From positions 18,994 to 82,993 of IMG/VR virus record IMGVR_UViG_3300032303_000488: a stretch of 64,000 bases of DNA; one strand, 5' to 3'. The position numbers and the translations under genes are program-made. The notes under the pieces were generated by a model. That model had not been told where the DNA came from and did not search any database. It was given only the letters and a program-made list of their open reading frames with translations. The stretch is from a virus. Lineage: Duplodnaviria; Caudoviricetes. Positions 9,119 to 19,680 of the stretch are shown here, in pieces; positions within the stretch are counted from its first letter, which is position 1, and the number at the start of each line of letters is the position of its first letter.

Positions 9119-12100
9119 TTTCTACATCTTCCATAATTGTTGTTCCATCTTTAGTTTTACCTAAAGAGAATTTATACACATTTCCTTCATCAATCTTCAT
9201 GTAAGCCCTTGGGAATGCTGTTGGAAATACTGTTACGCTGTGCATATCACGATTAGTGTCTGCCAGTACGAGAGAAGCCATTTTCTTACCAGCCTTAGTT
9301 ACCCTTGGCTTAAATGACACTACAAATAGTTCATCATCTTTATATGGCAACTGACGATAGTTAAGAATTTTAATTAGCCCAGACAAATTACCTTTAGTTT
9401 CATCTGCTGGAATAGCAGTAACAATTCTATTATCACTTGCAAGAACTATATAAGTCTTCCCTGCTTCAATAGTTGTGTTTGCTTCATCAAAGATTCCAGT
9501 GCTACCAGTTTTATCTAGTAGTTCTACTCTTGACCAGCCATCACCACGCTTGATGTTCTTAATCATCCCCATCAAAATGTATGCACCCTTTTCTTCATAC
9601 TCTTCCACGTCATTAATGAATGCGTGATAGTGTTGTGGAATAGATGTATTAAACTCTGGTAGATTAAGATACTCATAAAGGTTCTCACGAACTTCTTCAT
9701 CGTTTCTAGGTTGGTCTTCAAAAGTAGCGGCTCCTACAAGGCGTAGAGCCTGTAATGCACGACTGTTAACACCATTGCCCTTACCAAATGTAAACTCTTC
9801 TAGTTCTTTGTAAGAACCAAAAGGTCTAGCGGCAAGATACTTATTAGCAATGTTATCACTAATAAACTTGATAGATGATAGTCCAAATCGAATTCCTTTA
9901 CCCTCGATTTTAAAATCAACATCTGATTCGTTGATGTGTGGTAAACGAACAGGAATACCCATACGTTTTGCTTCAATCAAATACTCAGTACGAGCATCTT
10001 TATCACTTTCATTCTTGAGCAATGAATACATAAACTCAATAGGATAATTGTGTTTTAACCATGCAGTCCAATAAGAAACTGTTGAATAAGCCACAGCGTG
10101 AGATTTGTTAAACGAGTATCCAGCGTGGGCTTCAAAGTCATGCCAAAGGTCTTGAGCAGCATTTGGAGTTAAGAATCTAGAAGCACCAGCAACGAACTTG
10201 TCTTTAAACACGTCAAACTCTTTAGCATCTTTCTTCTTACCAATAATCTTACGAACCTTATCCGCTTCAGCCATTGTCATTCCACCAAGTTCCACACAGG
10301 CAAGCATAACTTGTTCCTGATATAGAATACATCCATAGGTTTCTTGTGTGAATGCTTTTAGCACTTCGTGTTTGTAATCAATGTTTTGCTTACCATGTTT
10401 ACGAGCAACATAATCTTTACCAATTGTGTTCATAGCACCTGGACGAACCAAGGCATTAGAGGCAGCAAGTTCTGAAAAGTTTTTGATACCCATCTTAACA
10501 AGCAAGTTAGTGTATGGTGTTGCTTCACATTGGAATACGCCCTTGGTATAACCATCAGAAAGCATGCGATATACATTTGCATCTTTCATATCTAGTTTAT
10601 ATAAGTCAACATCAGTACCAGTACGCTCCTTGATGATAGCCAAAGTATCTTGAATAACAGATAGAGTTTTAAGACCCAAAGCATCAATCTTAATTAGACC
10701 AATGCGTTCTGCCTCTTCCATGTCTACTGCTACTACTGGAATACGTTCCTTGCTACCTGGAGTTGTTCTAGTCTCTAGTGGTGCATACTTAAAGATAGGT
10801 TCTTTAGCAGTAACCACACCAGCAGCGTGAATACCAGTACCACGAATACGACCACGCATTTGTTCACCATAAAGTTCAATCTCTGGATACTTCTCACGGA
10901 ACTCCTGAGTAGACTTAGACCTTAAATAATCATCCCAGTCATCAACCAGTTTAAGAACCTTGTTCACATCTGGTAGTGGAATGTTTAACACACGAGCAAT
11001 ATCTCTAATCATACCTTTACCCTTAAACTCAAGGAACGTAGCAATAGAAGCAACGTGTCTATACTGTCTAACTAAATAATCTTTAACATCCTCACGTCTT
11101 GAATCTTGAATATCTGTATCAATATCTGGAAAGTCATTACGTTCTGGATTGATAAAACGGAAGAACAGAAGACCATGCTCGATAGGGTCAATGTCAGTAA
11201 TGCCCAATGCATAACAAACTAAAGAACCAGCAGAAGAACCACGACCTGGACCAACCATAATGCGTTCTTTCTTAGCCCAGTTAATCATGTTACGAACAAC
11301 TAGGAAGTAAGGAGCAAAGTTTTTATCCTTGATGATTTGTAGTTCTTCTTCAGCCCTAATGTGATATGCAGGGTCAGCACCTACACCACGAGCAATCAGA
11401 CCCTCCATAGCAAGTTCATAAAGTTCTTGGTCTGGATTCTGATACTGTGCTGGTAGTAAGTCTAGGTGGTCTTTGATATTGTAATCTTCAACCTTGTTCA
11501 TAATCTCAATAGTATTATCATACATATCTTGTCTTACAATGCCCTGAGATTCCATAGAATTATGCATCTCTTCATCAGAGAGTAGGTGTATTTCATAATC
11601 TCTAAATGTAATCTGGCGGTCTGCACCATACAAGTAGTCCAACTTATCCATAAGGTTGTCATACTTTTGACTACCAGCAAAGTTTGCATCTTTCTGAACT
11701 TTGTTTGAATAAGTGTTTAGAATTAGTTTAAGTTCCTGAATCTCACGTTGTTCTGGTCCAGCATGATGGCAGTCAGGAGTAACGATAGGCTTGATACCAA
11801 ACTCATCTGCAAGAGCAAGAATAGTTTTATTAATTTCTGGTGGATTATGTGGCATAACTTCAATGTAGTAGTCATCGCCAAATGTTTTCTTAGCCCACTG
11901 CAAATGTTCTTTTGCAGCAGCAAGGTCATCTGCTTCAATTGCTTTAGCAAGGAAACCAGACAGACATCCAGAAGTAATGATAAGACCTTCTTTATATTTT
12001 TCTAGAGATTCCCAATCCATACGAGGCTTCTTATAGAAACCCTCAGTCCAAGCAATCTCATTTAGTTTGTTTAGATTCTCTAGACCTTTTTCATTCTTTG

Positions 12101-12392
12101 CAAGAATAATTAAGTGATTGTATACAGGGTTTAGTGGTGTGTCTTCACGTTCTGCCTTATCTCTTTGGTCAAAGCGGTCTTGTGCAATATATCCTTCAAC
12201 ACCAAGAATTGGTTTAATGCCCTTTTCAATAGCGGCACGATACATTTCACGATGTCCAGATAGCGAACCGTGGTCTGTGATTGCGATGGCTGGCATTCCA
12301 ATTTCAATTGCCCTGTCCACATATTCTTGTGGTGTTGCTATTCCATCAAATAGCGAGTAGTGAGTGTGAACGTGCAGTCCAGCATAACTCAT
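9111..12392 (-). CDS. dnaE: DNA polymerase III alpha subunit (DnaE)
   Basis: PHP motifs HVH, TDHG, SGC, DCH; GRGSSAGS; PDIDTD; KIDALGL; YSFNKSHA; C-terminal OB fold. Confidence 0.96.
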   Translation of the reverse strand: MSYAGLHVHTHYSLFDGIATPQEYVDRAIEIGMPAIAITDHGSLSGHREMYRAAIEKGIKPILGVEGYIAQDRFDQRDKAEREDTPLNPVYNHLIILAKNEKGLENLNKLNEIAWTEGFYKKPRMDWESLEKYKEGLIITSGCLSGFLAKAIEADDLAAAKEHLQWAKKTFGDDYYIEVMPHNPPEINKTILALADEFGIKPIVTPDCHHAGPEQREIQELKLILNTYSNKVQKDANFAGSQKYDNLMDKLDYLYGADRQITFRDYEIHLLSDEEMHNSMESQGIVRQDMYDNTIEIMNKVEDYNIKDHLDLLPAQYQNPDQELYELAMEGLIARGVGADPAYHIRAEEELQIIKDKNFAPYFLVVRNMINWAKKERIMVGPGRGSSAGSLVCYALGITDIDPIEHGLLFFRFINPERNDFPDIDTDIQDSRREDVKDYLVRQYRHVASIATFLEFKGKGMIRDIARVLNIPLPDVNKVLKLVDDWDDYLRSKSTQEFREKYPEIELYGEQMRGRIRGTGIHAAGVVTAKEPIFKYAPLETRTTPGSKERIPVVAVDMEEAERIGLIKIDALGLKTLSVIQDTLAIIKERTGTDVDLYKLDMKDANVYRMLSDGYTKGVFQCEATPYTNLLVKMGIKNFSELAASNALVRPGAMNTIGKDYVARKHGKQNIDYKHEVLKAFTQETYGCILYQEQVMLACVELGGMTMAEADKVRKIIGKKKDAKEFDVFKDKFVAGASRFLTPNAAQDLWHDFEAHAGYSFNKSHAVAYSTVSYWTAWLKHNYPIEFMYSLLKNESDKDARTEYLIEAKRMGIPVRLPHINESDVDFKIEGKGIRFGLSSIKFISDNIANKYLAARPFGSYKELEEFTFGKGNGVNSRALQALRLVGAATFEDQPRNDEEVRENLYEYLNLPEFNTSIPQHYHAFINDVEEYEEKGAYILMGMIKNIKRGDGWSRVELLDKTGSTGIFDEANTTIEAGKTYIVLASDNRIVTAIPADETKGNLSGLIKILNYRQLPYKDDELFVVSFKPRVTKAGKKMASLVLADTNRDMHSVTVFPTAFPRAYMKIDEGNVYKFSLGKTKDGTTIMEDVENV

Positions 12393-12421
12393 ATAAAATT
12401 TTCCTTAAGTTAGAGATGAAG

Positions 12422-12455
12422 AATGGGGGCAGAGAGCGAATCGTCTACCCCCATT
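12422..12455 (-). terminator. Hairpin between the ssb and dnaE genes
   Basis: aatggggg...cccccatt inverted repeat. Confidence 0.5.
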
Positions 12456-12465
12456 ACATTTATTT

Positions 12466-13119
12466 TTACCAGTCAGTGTTGCTGGATGTTAGAGATGGAG
12501 CATCAAAACCGAAGTAGAAATTCTCCTGCTCTGCATAAGCCACTTCACGAACAACCTTTTCTAGGTTAAATGGCTCAATGCCATCAAACTTGAAAGGTTC
12601 TGTGTCTGGCTTAGTTGGAAGCAATGTGTAATTGGTTTCAGTTCCCTGACCATTACGCTTAATCTTCCACTCTAGGTTTGAGATTGAGCCAGTCTCAATT
12701 GCATACTCACGGAGATTTCCGAAAGCAGACTGCTTTGAGATACCTTGTGACCATACAGCCACATAAGGTGCTTCAGTACCATCATCAATGATGACGTTAC
12801 CATACCAGCGAAGACGTGAACGCCATCCGCCCTTTGGTTCTTTACGACCCATTTCACAACCGTAGCAACGACCCTCAGAGTCAATTGTACAAACTGCCTT
12901 ACGCTTGTAATCCTTTGGATTAGTGTGTTCTGCGATTACCACAGATAGACCACGACTTTCATCGTAGTTTGCTGAATCTGTATCAAGTTCTTCAACAAAG
13001 CGAACTCTTGCAGATTGTCCGTCAGCCAGTTTTACCCAGCGAACTTTTTGACCATTGTTTTCATATTTTGGCTTATCCATTAATGCACCGATATCTTTTA
13101 GCCCTTTAATTACGCTCAT
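12466..13119 (-). CDS. Single-stranded DNA-binding protein (gp32-like)
   Basis: VKLADGQSARVRF, C..C zinc site, WKIKRNGQGTETNYTL, acidic/aromatic tail; sits in the replication cluster. Confidence 0.7.
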   Translation of the reverse strand: MSVIKGLKDIGALMDKPKYENNGQKVRWVKLADGQSARVRFVEELDTDSANYDESRGLSVVIAEHTNPKDYKRKAVCTIDSEGRCYGCEMGRKEPKGGWRSRLRWYGNVIIDDGTEAPYVAVWSQGISKQSAFGNLREYAIETGSISNLEWKIKRNGQGTETNYTLLPTKPDTEPFKFDGIEPFNLEKVVREVAYAEQENFYFGFDAPSLTSSNTDW

Positions 13120-13149
13120 AATTTCTCCTTATGTTTTCTTAGCGGTATA

Positions 13150-14094
13150 CTAGTTTAGCATACTAGCGATAGTTTTGTCAAACGATTCGTCAATATTTTT
13201 TATTGCTTCATCTGACATATCACCAATATCCTTGTATTGTTTATCTATTTTAATTACGTTAACACGAGAGCCAAGACGTTCAACTATCTTATCTTTCATA
13301 TTACCGCCAGCCTCATCATTATCAGCAATAACGATTATGTTATTGAAATATTTTCCGAGCAGGTCTGTTTGAAAATTGGATACGTTTGCACCCAATGTTG
13401 CTACCGCAGGAAAACCACACTGGTCTAAACGGATAGCATCAAATGATGATTCAACTACATAAACTTTGCCAGCAGTCTTGACACGATGTATGTTAAATAA
13501 AGTTTTTGCTTTTGGTAGTCCTGGGGTATTTTTAAACTCTTTACCCTCAATAGAACGACCAACAAATCCCACAGCAATACCATCTGGGGAATGTACAGGT
13601 ATCGTTACCATATCTTGCTTTTCTGAAAAACCAAGTTGAAACTTATTGATAGATGTTTGATTAATTAATCTGCCATCATAGTATCTAGTTGCTCTTGCAG
13701 ATTCTAATGCTTGCTGATTTAATCTTTTAATCTGCAATTCATCATATGGGATATAGTCTGGTTTCTCTACAAGTGTTTGATTAATCTGATATGACAAATC
13801 AATTTCAGTTTCTTTAGACTTGATGTAACGAACAGATTCAAAATAACTACGAGCAGATGTATGCATAATTAAAGCAACTAAGTCGCACACATGGTGACAA
13901 GAAAAGCAAAAGAATAGACCAGAACTTTTATCTACTTCACCAGCAGGTGAGCGATAGTTATTGTGGAAAGGACAAAATATAATGTAATCAGAATCTACTT
14001 CCGATTCGATTGTGATGCCTGACCCTGCGATAACTCGCTTAATTTGTTCTTTTGAGTAGGAACCATTTGTGTTCCGTCTATTCCTATTATCCAT
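13150..14094 (-). CDS. dnaG: DNA primase (CHC2 zinc finger plus TOPRIM)
   Basis: CPFH...CFSC; VVESSFDA; IIADNDEAG; KDIGDM. Confidence 0.88.
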   Translation of the reverse strand: MDNRNRRNTNGSYSKEQIKRVIAGSGITIESEVDSDYIIFCPFHNNYRSPAGEVDKSSGLFFCFSCHHVCDLVALIMHTSARSYFESVRYIKSKETEIDLSYQINQTLVEKPDYIPYDELQIKRLNQQALESARATRYYDGRLINQTSINKFQLGFSEKQDMVTIPVHSPDGIAVGFVGRSIEGKEFKNTPGLPKAKTLFNIHRVKTAGKVYVVESSFDAIRLDQCGFPAVATLGANVSNFQTDLLGKYFNNIIVIADNDEAGGNMKDKIVERLGSRVNVIKIDKQYKDIGDMSDEAIKNIDESFDKTIASMLN

Positions 14095-14339
14095 AATGCT
14101 TTATTCTTTCCTATGTATGTACCATATACTGTTAATGTAAATTCGTAGTAATCTTTTTCGTTATTATATTTTATCGTAAACTGTGGGTCTATGTCAAGTC
14201 TTGGCACATACCCCAATTCACACATCTCAAGTCCTTTGAGTCTCACAAGTTCTAAACGAAGTCTACCAATTGCGGCATCATTCTTAATGATTCCGTCAAA
14301 CGTAAAGTTCTTAATAGGTTTGTGATATATATTCTCCAC
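13995..14339 (-). CDS. Hypothetical protein; 3' end overlaps primase by about 100 nt
   Basis: 114-aa ORF with a GTG start just after a TATAAT. Confidence 0.65.
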   Translation of the reverse strand: MENIYHKPIKNFTFDGIIKNDAAIGRLRLELVRLKGLEMCELGYVPRLDIDPQFTIKYNNEKDYYEFTLTVYGTYIGKNKALWIIGIDGTQMVPTQKNKLSELSQGQASQSNRK

Positions 14340-14351
14340 ACTCTATTATAA

Positions 14352-15572
14352 CTAGTTATCTTCAAAATCCTTATAACGATAGTAACCTTTGTCAAAATCA
14401 ACCTGAACCAAGAATTCTCCCATAAACCCATTACGGTTCTTACGGAACACACACTCTAGAATGTCTGAGTTGGTGGCACGACCAAGAGCAAGAACCCAGT
14501 CAGCATCGTACGCAATTTGGCGTGACCAAGCAGTTTGACCAAGAGTAGGAACTGTATCTAACTTAGTAACGTCATCTGGTGTAGCAGAAGAGATAGCAAT
14601 AATAGGAATCTCTTCACCAATAGACATCAATTTAAGTTCACGAGAAAGGTTCTTCATACGAACAGTTTCATTATCTGATTTTTGATTTGGAGACATCAAC
14701 TGTAGGTAGTCTACAACAACTAGGTCAGGTTTGTACTGGTCAATTTTACCACGAATAACTGATGGCGTTACTTCCCCACCGTTATCATTAGAGATGATAT
14801 GGAACTCTGGTTTACCAGCAAGTTCCTTGGAGTGCCAACGCTTTAGGTCATTAATATCTACTTGACCATTGCTTAGTTTACGATGTGACCAAAGACCCTC
14901 ACCCATGATAGCAAACACACGGTTACGAACTTCTGTTTCTGACATTTCAAGTGAGATGATTAGCGGTGACTTGCCTTGCTTCCATGCCTGTACCGCCATG
15001 TAAAGTGCAAACCAAGACTTACCAATACCTGGATAGGCAAGGAACACACCCAACTGACCTGGAGTAATACCAGCAGGAAGATAGTTATCAAATCCTGGCA
15101 AACCAGTCTTAATACCAATTGAACCTAGTTCATTTTGACGAGCAAGGTTTTCAAAGTAAGCAACAGCAGAATCGATATCAGTGGCATCAATGTCACGGAT
15201 AACTGCTGTGTTCTTTTTTAGTTCCGATGTCTTCTGGATTAAATCTTCTAGTGCTTTAGTGCCCTGACCTGCTTGAACATCTGAAGCGGTAGTTCTAAGA
15301 ACATCCTTTAGACTATCATTTAAAAACTCAGCCTGTAGTTCTTCTAAGTGATACTTTGTAGCACCAATGTCATCAACAGGAATAAAATCACGGAACTTGT
15401 CTACTACCAAAGATACTGGTGGCACTGTACTATTGGCTTCGGAATAATTGCGGATAAAATTCCAAATATCATTGTGAGTTCTTAGGATGTTTTCAACATT
15501 TGCTTGTAGCAAAACGTGTACTTGCTTGTCTGCTAATACAGCAGAGATTAGTTTTGATTCTGTATTATTCAC
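14352..15572 (-). CDS. dnaB: DnaB-like replicative helicase
   Basis: Walker A AYPGIGKS, ISLEMS, VVVDYLQLM, YDAD, KNRNG. Confidence 0.93.
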   Translation of the reverse strand: MNNTESKLISAVLADKQVHVLLQANVENILRTHNDIWNFIRNYSEANSTVPPVSLVVDKFRDFIPVDDIGATKYHLEELQAEFLNDSLKDVLRTTASDVQAGQGTKALEDLIQKTSELKKNTAVIRDIDATDIDSAVAYFENLARQNELGSIGIKTGLPGFDNYLPAGITPGQLGVFLAYPGIGKSWFALYMAVQAWKQGKSPLIISLEMSETEVRNRVFAIMGEGLWSHRKLSNGQVDINDLKRWHSKELAGKPEFHIISNDNGGEVTPSVIRGKIDQYKPDLVVVDYLQLMSPNQKSDNETVRMKNLSRELKLMSIGEEIPIIAISSATPDDVTKLDTVPTLGQTAWSRQIAYDADWVLALGRATNSDILECVFRKNRNGFMGEFLVQVDFDKGYYRYKDFEDN

Positions 15573-15873
15573 TTAGCCATTCCTTTGCCTTGAGCCTACG
15601 TTCTGCTCGTTCTTTGTTGTCTTGTTGTACTTGTTTACGTTTGTAAACAATGTGGTCTGCATAATTTGCAAAATATTTCCATGATGGATTTTCTGACACA
15701 TCAAAATAATATTCTAGCAGGTCATAGCATTCAGGAATACCATAGGAAGCAATTAGGGCATCTGCTGCCCACTGCTCTACATTTAAATTTAGGGATGGCT
15801 TTTCTTCGTACTTTGCAGTATGTAGTTTACTGTAGCGACTAAGCAAAGCCATACGGTCTTTGCGTTCAGCCAT
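15565..15873 (-). CDS. Hypothetical protein next to the helicase
   Basis: 102-aa coupled ORF. Confidence 0.7.
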   Translation of the reverse strand: MAERKDRMALLSRYSKLHTAKYEEKPSLNLNVEQWAADALIASYGIPECYDLLEYYFDVSENPSWKYFANYADHIVYKRKQVQQDNKERAERRLKAKEWLSE

Positions 15874-16082
15874 TACTTATTCTCTGTCTCTTCTACAGAT
15901 TCCTTGACCTTTTCAGCCAATCTCTGTTCAACAAATGCATAGACACGTTCAAATGCTTCGCCAGTTGTTTCTCCATTACGCTTACTATCTGATACAGATA
16001 AGTCAATGCGGAGTGATTGGAAGTTACCTAGATTAAGCGTATAGCCTAATCCTACTGTAACCTTAGTGTCATCGTTATTCAT
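15873..16082 (-). CDS. Hypothetical protein
   Basis: 69-aa ORF coupled by TAATG. Confidence 0.7.
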   Translation of the reverse strand: MNNDDTKVTVGLGYTLNLGNFQSLRIDLSVSDSKRNGETTGEAFERVYAFVEQRLAEKVKESVEETENK

Positions 16083-16102
16083 ACCCTATGTCCTTTCAAG
16101 AA

Positions 16103-16633
16103 CTAAATTGATTCATTCCAGATAGGCACAAACCTGCCATCTTCTGTCTTTGTATAAACCAGTATACCATCGCCCATACGCCTTGTCAACTCTTGTCTGG
16201 TAGGTGTTACATCGTTGGTTATTAGTTTATCTTTTCTTGGTCTACCGTGGTGATAGGAAGCAAGTATATCACGAATTTCCTTTACCTGTGATTCGGAATA
16301 GTAAGAACGGACCTGCCAAGCCCTCTCTCCGCCCTTCTGTGACCCCATAGGGAAGGGAATAATGCCTTTTAGCATTAATGCTGGCATATATTTTTTATGC
16401 CTGTTAACAAGGCTTGCAGCCTCTCCTACAGTATATGCTCTTTCCCTAGTTTTCTTAAAATCACTAACTAAACAACTTTCAATCTGGTCTTTTATAATAT
16501 TATAAACAGACATTATTCCATTGGAGTTATTCATGTGATATACACGAACAAGGTCTCCATTCAAAAACCATACTTTTTTATTCCCTGGAATAATGGGCGA
16601 GGAGTTATATTGCTCCATTGTTTGAGCAGCCAT
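16103..16633 (-). CDS. MerR-like HTH DNA-binding protein
   Basis: YTVGEAASLVNRH..GIIP..R.YYSESQV pattern. Confidence 0.6.
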   Translation of the reverse strand: MAAQTMEQYNSSPIIPGNKKVWFLNGDLVRVYHMNNSNGIMSVYNIIKDQIESCLVSDFKKTRERAYTVGEAASLVNRHKKYMPALMLKGIIPFPMGSQKGGERAWQVRSYYSESQVKEIRDILASYHHGRPRKDKLITNDVTPTRQELTRRMGDGILVYTKTEDGRFVPIWNESI

Positions 16634-16635
16634 GA

Positions 16636-17109
16636 CTATAGTTTGGCTAAACCAATTGCTAAAACATTGACACGATACTTTATTGTTGGCTTATCTTTAT
16701 CTGAGTCTAGAACAACAGCAATAGTTGCCTTGTCAGTAGTTACGTTACTAACAACAACACCGTTTAATAATGTTGATGCAGTGCTTCCTGTACCAGTTAT
16801 AGAGTCTGTTTCGATTGTTGCAAAAACTAAGGGTGGGGCAAGAAAATCTGTTTTTTTGTCTTTTCCAAAAGTAACATCTTTTGTATATCTTGATGTCTCA
16901 GTTGCACTCAATGTTTGAGTTACTTCTAGTTGTGTTGTTGCAAAAATAAAACCACCAAAATAAGTTGTAATTGATTTCTTAGTGCTTGTATTATATATTG
17001 TTGCTGCAGCATTTGAAAATTTATCACCAATAGTGTTTATTTCATCCACTACCTGTCCTAGAAATATCTGGTCAATTAGCGTGTTTGAGCCTGGTTTTTG
17101 TAATGTCAT
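16636..17109 (-). CDS. Minor tail / tail-tip protein
   Basis: End of the tail module; beta-rich. Confidence 0.55.
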   Translation of the reverse strand: MTLQKPGSNTLIDQIFLGQVVDEINTIGDKFSNAAATIYNTSTKKSITTYFGGFIFATTQLEVTQTLSATETSRYTKDVTFGKDKKTDFLAPPLVFATIETDSITGTGSTASTLLNGVVVSNVTTDKATIAVVLDSDKDKPTIKYRVNVLAIGLAKL

Positions 17110-17116
17110 AGTATTA

Positions 17117-17854
17117 TTATACCACCAAACCAGAGTCTAAGATTGGTAATGTTGAGATAGCATCTGATTGAATTAGCAAAGCATTAGTATTTACAACTTT
17201 TATATTTGTTGGTACTGTAACAGCAACCTTAACAAAATTAGCAATCTTGTTAGTCTTTCCAGCAGTTGTTATTGGTCCTGGATTAGAACCCATATTTAAA
17301 ACAAGTGTTGAACCAGTTGTTCCAGACTGGGCAACCCAAGTTCCATTATATCCACTAGGAGTTATTCCAGAAAGAACAACTCGCTGCCCAGAAGTAATGC
17401 CATGAGTAACTACTGTTGTAAATGTTATGTTTGTAGTTCCAGTTGGTGTTTGAACGCCAATAGGCACAAATGGAGTATCAATATAATAGTTATTTGATGT
17501 AACCGTATCTTCATATGTAAAACTTGTGTACGCTCCTCCATTGTTGTAAGACCAACTAAAGTATATGTCAAATTTATTAGTTGGAAAAGAGTTGGGGGTG
17601 GTCCATTTTACATTCATGCCAACGCCACCAGACTCTACAGAACTTGCAGAAATTGATGGAGAAAAACCAGTTAGAACATTAGCAATACTTCCTTGCGTTA
17701 CCTGATTCACTCCAGACCATTGTGTAAGGGCTTCACCTTCACCTGTTACTAATCTATATTTAAAAAAATAGTCTAAGTTAGAAGAACTGTTTTTAATAAC
17801 TGCAACAGAATTGTCAAATATATTAAAACTACTTGTAACAATATTATCAGCCAT
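17117..17854 (-). CDS. Minor tail protein with an inserted small beta module
   Basis: Tail-module position; THGITSGQRVVLSG...YNGTW module. Confidence 0.6.
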   Translation of the reverse strand: MADNIVTSSFNIFDNSVAVIKNSSSNLDYFFKYRLVTGEGEALTQWSGVNQVTQGSIANVLTGFSPSISASSVESGGVGMNVKWTTPNSFPTNKFDIYFSWSYNNGGAYTSFTYEDTVTSNNYYIDTPFVPIGVQTPTGTTNITFTTVVTHGITSGQRVVLSGITPSGYNGTWVAQSGTTGSTLVLNMGSNPGPITTAGKTNKIANFVKVAVTVPTNIKVVNTNALLIQSDAISTLPILDSGLVV

Positions 17855-18990
17855 TATAAAACATCCACCATATAACTAAATTCAATAAAACTTGAAGTGT
17901 TGTCTGATTTTAAAATTGGCAAAGAGTCTGAGGTTTTCATAACCGTGTATGCTGTAAGACCATATACGTTGCTAAATGATGAAACATTTTCTAACCTTAA
18001 TGCGTCTAGTGCTACATAAAAATCTCCTGCTGTTGCTGGAGAAGTTCCAGTTACCGAAACATAAATTTTAATAGTAGTAACTTTATCCCAAGAAAATGTT
18101 CCTGTTTTAAATAGTTCATTTATTTTTTTCTTAACTACAACATATCTATTATTTGTAAAATCCCATTGACCAGCAGATACCCCATTATCTAAATTAACAA
18201 CAAAACTTGCGTATTGTGGACTAGCACCGTCAGTATTTGCAAATTGAACAAGTATTTTAACATTGCTTGGAACGTGTGTGCTCCCAATACCGCCTCTGTT
18301 TATTACAGTAAACGCCAACCGAATTTCATCCTCTGATGAGTTTTTAGTTAAATCTATTGTTTGTGTTGCTAAATGTATGTGGTCTCCTGAAGTGATGCTT
18401 AGGTCTGTGCCACTTACTGCAAGAATAGAAGAATCTCCCCTAACAAAAATTGTTCTATCAAAGAACCTTGGTCTTTCGTGTCTAGTAAGTCTATCTGGAT
18501 TTTCTAAGTTATCAAATAATCCATTATTTGAATTTGTATAAAATACTTTATCGCCTATAGTAATTGCATTTGATGAACTATTAAAAATACCAGTAAGGTA
18601 CAGAGGAACAGGAACTATTGTTGATGATACATGAGACTCCCAAAGTTCATTAGAATCAAAAAATATTAATGACTGACTATCTAATCCAGTGGGTTTTGGA
18701 TTATTTTCAGAAGGGTATACCCCAATTTCTGTTATTTCATATCTTTCTTCTGTTGGAAGTTCTGCTGTAAGTACTATCTTGGTTGTTCCAGAATCTGTTA
18801 ATACACTTCTAGAAATAATTGGAACCCTGAGTGTCTCAAAGTCAAGGGATGTTTTTGTAGAATAATCTCCAAATACTCCGCCCGAAGCAAGAGGTTTTGG
18901 TCCACAACCAATAGCCAAATATGAGGCGTACGAGTCTGTTTGTCCAACTAGGTACTTACCAATAATTTGTTTTCCAGTATTTGTAATCAT
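17854..18990 (-). CDS. Minor tail / baseplate protein
   Basis: MITNTGKQIIGKYL..YLAIGCG..ELPTEERYEITEIG; tail-module position. Confidence 0.6.
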   Translation of the reverse strand: MITNTGKQIIGKYLVGQTDSYASYLAIGCGPKPLASGGVFGDYSTKTSLDFETLRVPIISRSVLTDSGTTKIVLTAELPTEERYEITEIGVYPSENNPKPTGLDSQSLIFFDSNELWESHVSSTIVPVPLYLTGIFNSSSNAITIGDKVFYTNSNNGLFDNLENPDRLTRHERPRFFDRTIFVRGDSSILAVSGTDLSITSGDHIHLATQTIDLTKNSSEDEIRLAFTVINRGGIGSTHVPSNVKILVQFANTDGASPQYASFVVNLDNGVSAGQWDFTNNRYVVVKKKINELFKTGTFSWDKVTTIKIYVSVTGTSPATAGDFYVALDALRLENVSSFSNVYGLTAYTVMKTSDSLPILKSDNTSSFIEFSYMVDVL

Positions 18991-18999
18991 AATAATCTC

Positions 19000-19680
19000 C
19001 TAATATATTGTATCATTTTTAACGTAATTTGGTGCAAAAGTCTCCACTTGAAGTTTATACGATTGCTCTGTTTCAGAAATTGGAATGCTTACCGTTACCA
19101 CAGAATTTGTCAATAAAGCACTATAAGATGTAAGATTATTTTGAAAATATGAGAAATTTCCTTTTTGTAATTTAATTATTTCTGTTGGTAAATAAAAATT
19201 TTTAGAATCAACAATGTCTAAAATATTGTTGTTTAACACAGCATTATTTGTATAAAAATTTTGTCTATGAGCAACCTGTAAAATTTCATTTCCAGTCAAA
19301 CTTTTAAGGCTAAGGGCTGCTTCAATTGCATAGTCTGGTTGTCCGTCAAAGAATGCGTATGTAAATATTGATGTGTCTGCTGTTTTTGTAGAAACCGCAG
19401 TTGTGGTAGTTGTGGTAGTGCTAGTAGTAGTAGTGGCTGAAGTTACAATTGGGTTTGGAATTATTGGAACACATCGAAGAGTTACGCTATCTATGTAACC
19501 ACCAACAATCTGTCCAGGAGCAAATTGACTTGCAGTTGCTGGAGAAAATGTTGGTCCACGACCCAGTTGTGTTCTTAGAACAGGACCATAGGGTGTGTTT
19601 ACATATTTTGATGGTTTTGGTGCTTTAATTGATGGTGGAACTTCTGTTGTGTCGACTCCCCAATTTTCCCATTCTGGCAT
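19000..19680 (-). CDS. Hypothetical virion protein with Pro/Thr-rich N-terminus
   Basis: Poly-Thr tract; lies between tail genes. Confidence 0.55.
   Translation of the reverse strand: MPEWENWGVDTTEVPPSIKAPKPSKYVNTPYGPVLRTQLGRGPTFSPATASQFAPGQIVGGYIDSVTLRCVPIIPNPIVTSATTTTSTTTTTTTAVSTKTADTSIFTYAFFDGQPDYAIEAALSLKSLTGNEILQVAHRQNFYTNNAVLNNNILDIVDSKNFYLPTEIIKLQKGNFSYFQNNLTSYSALLTNSVVTVSIPISETEQSYKLQVETFAPNYVKNDTIY

Noticed and set aside
19390-19450. Trinucleotide-like repeat in 19000..19680
   Set aside because: It encodes a poly-Thr linker with mixed codons; ordinary low complexity.
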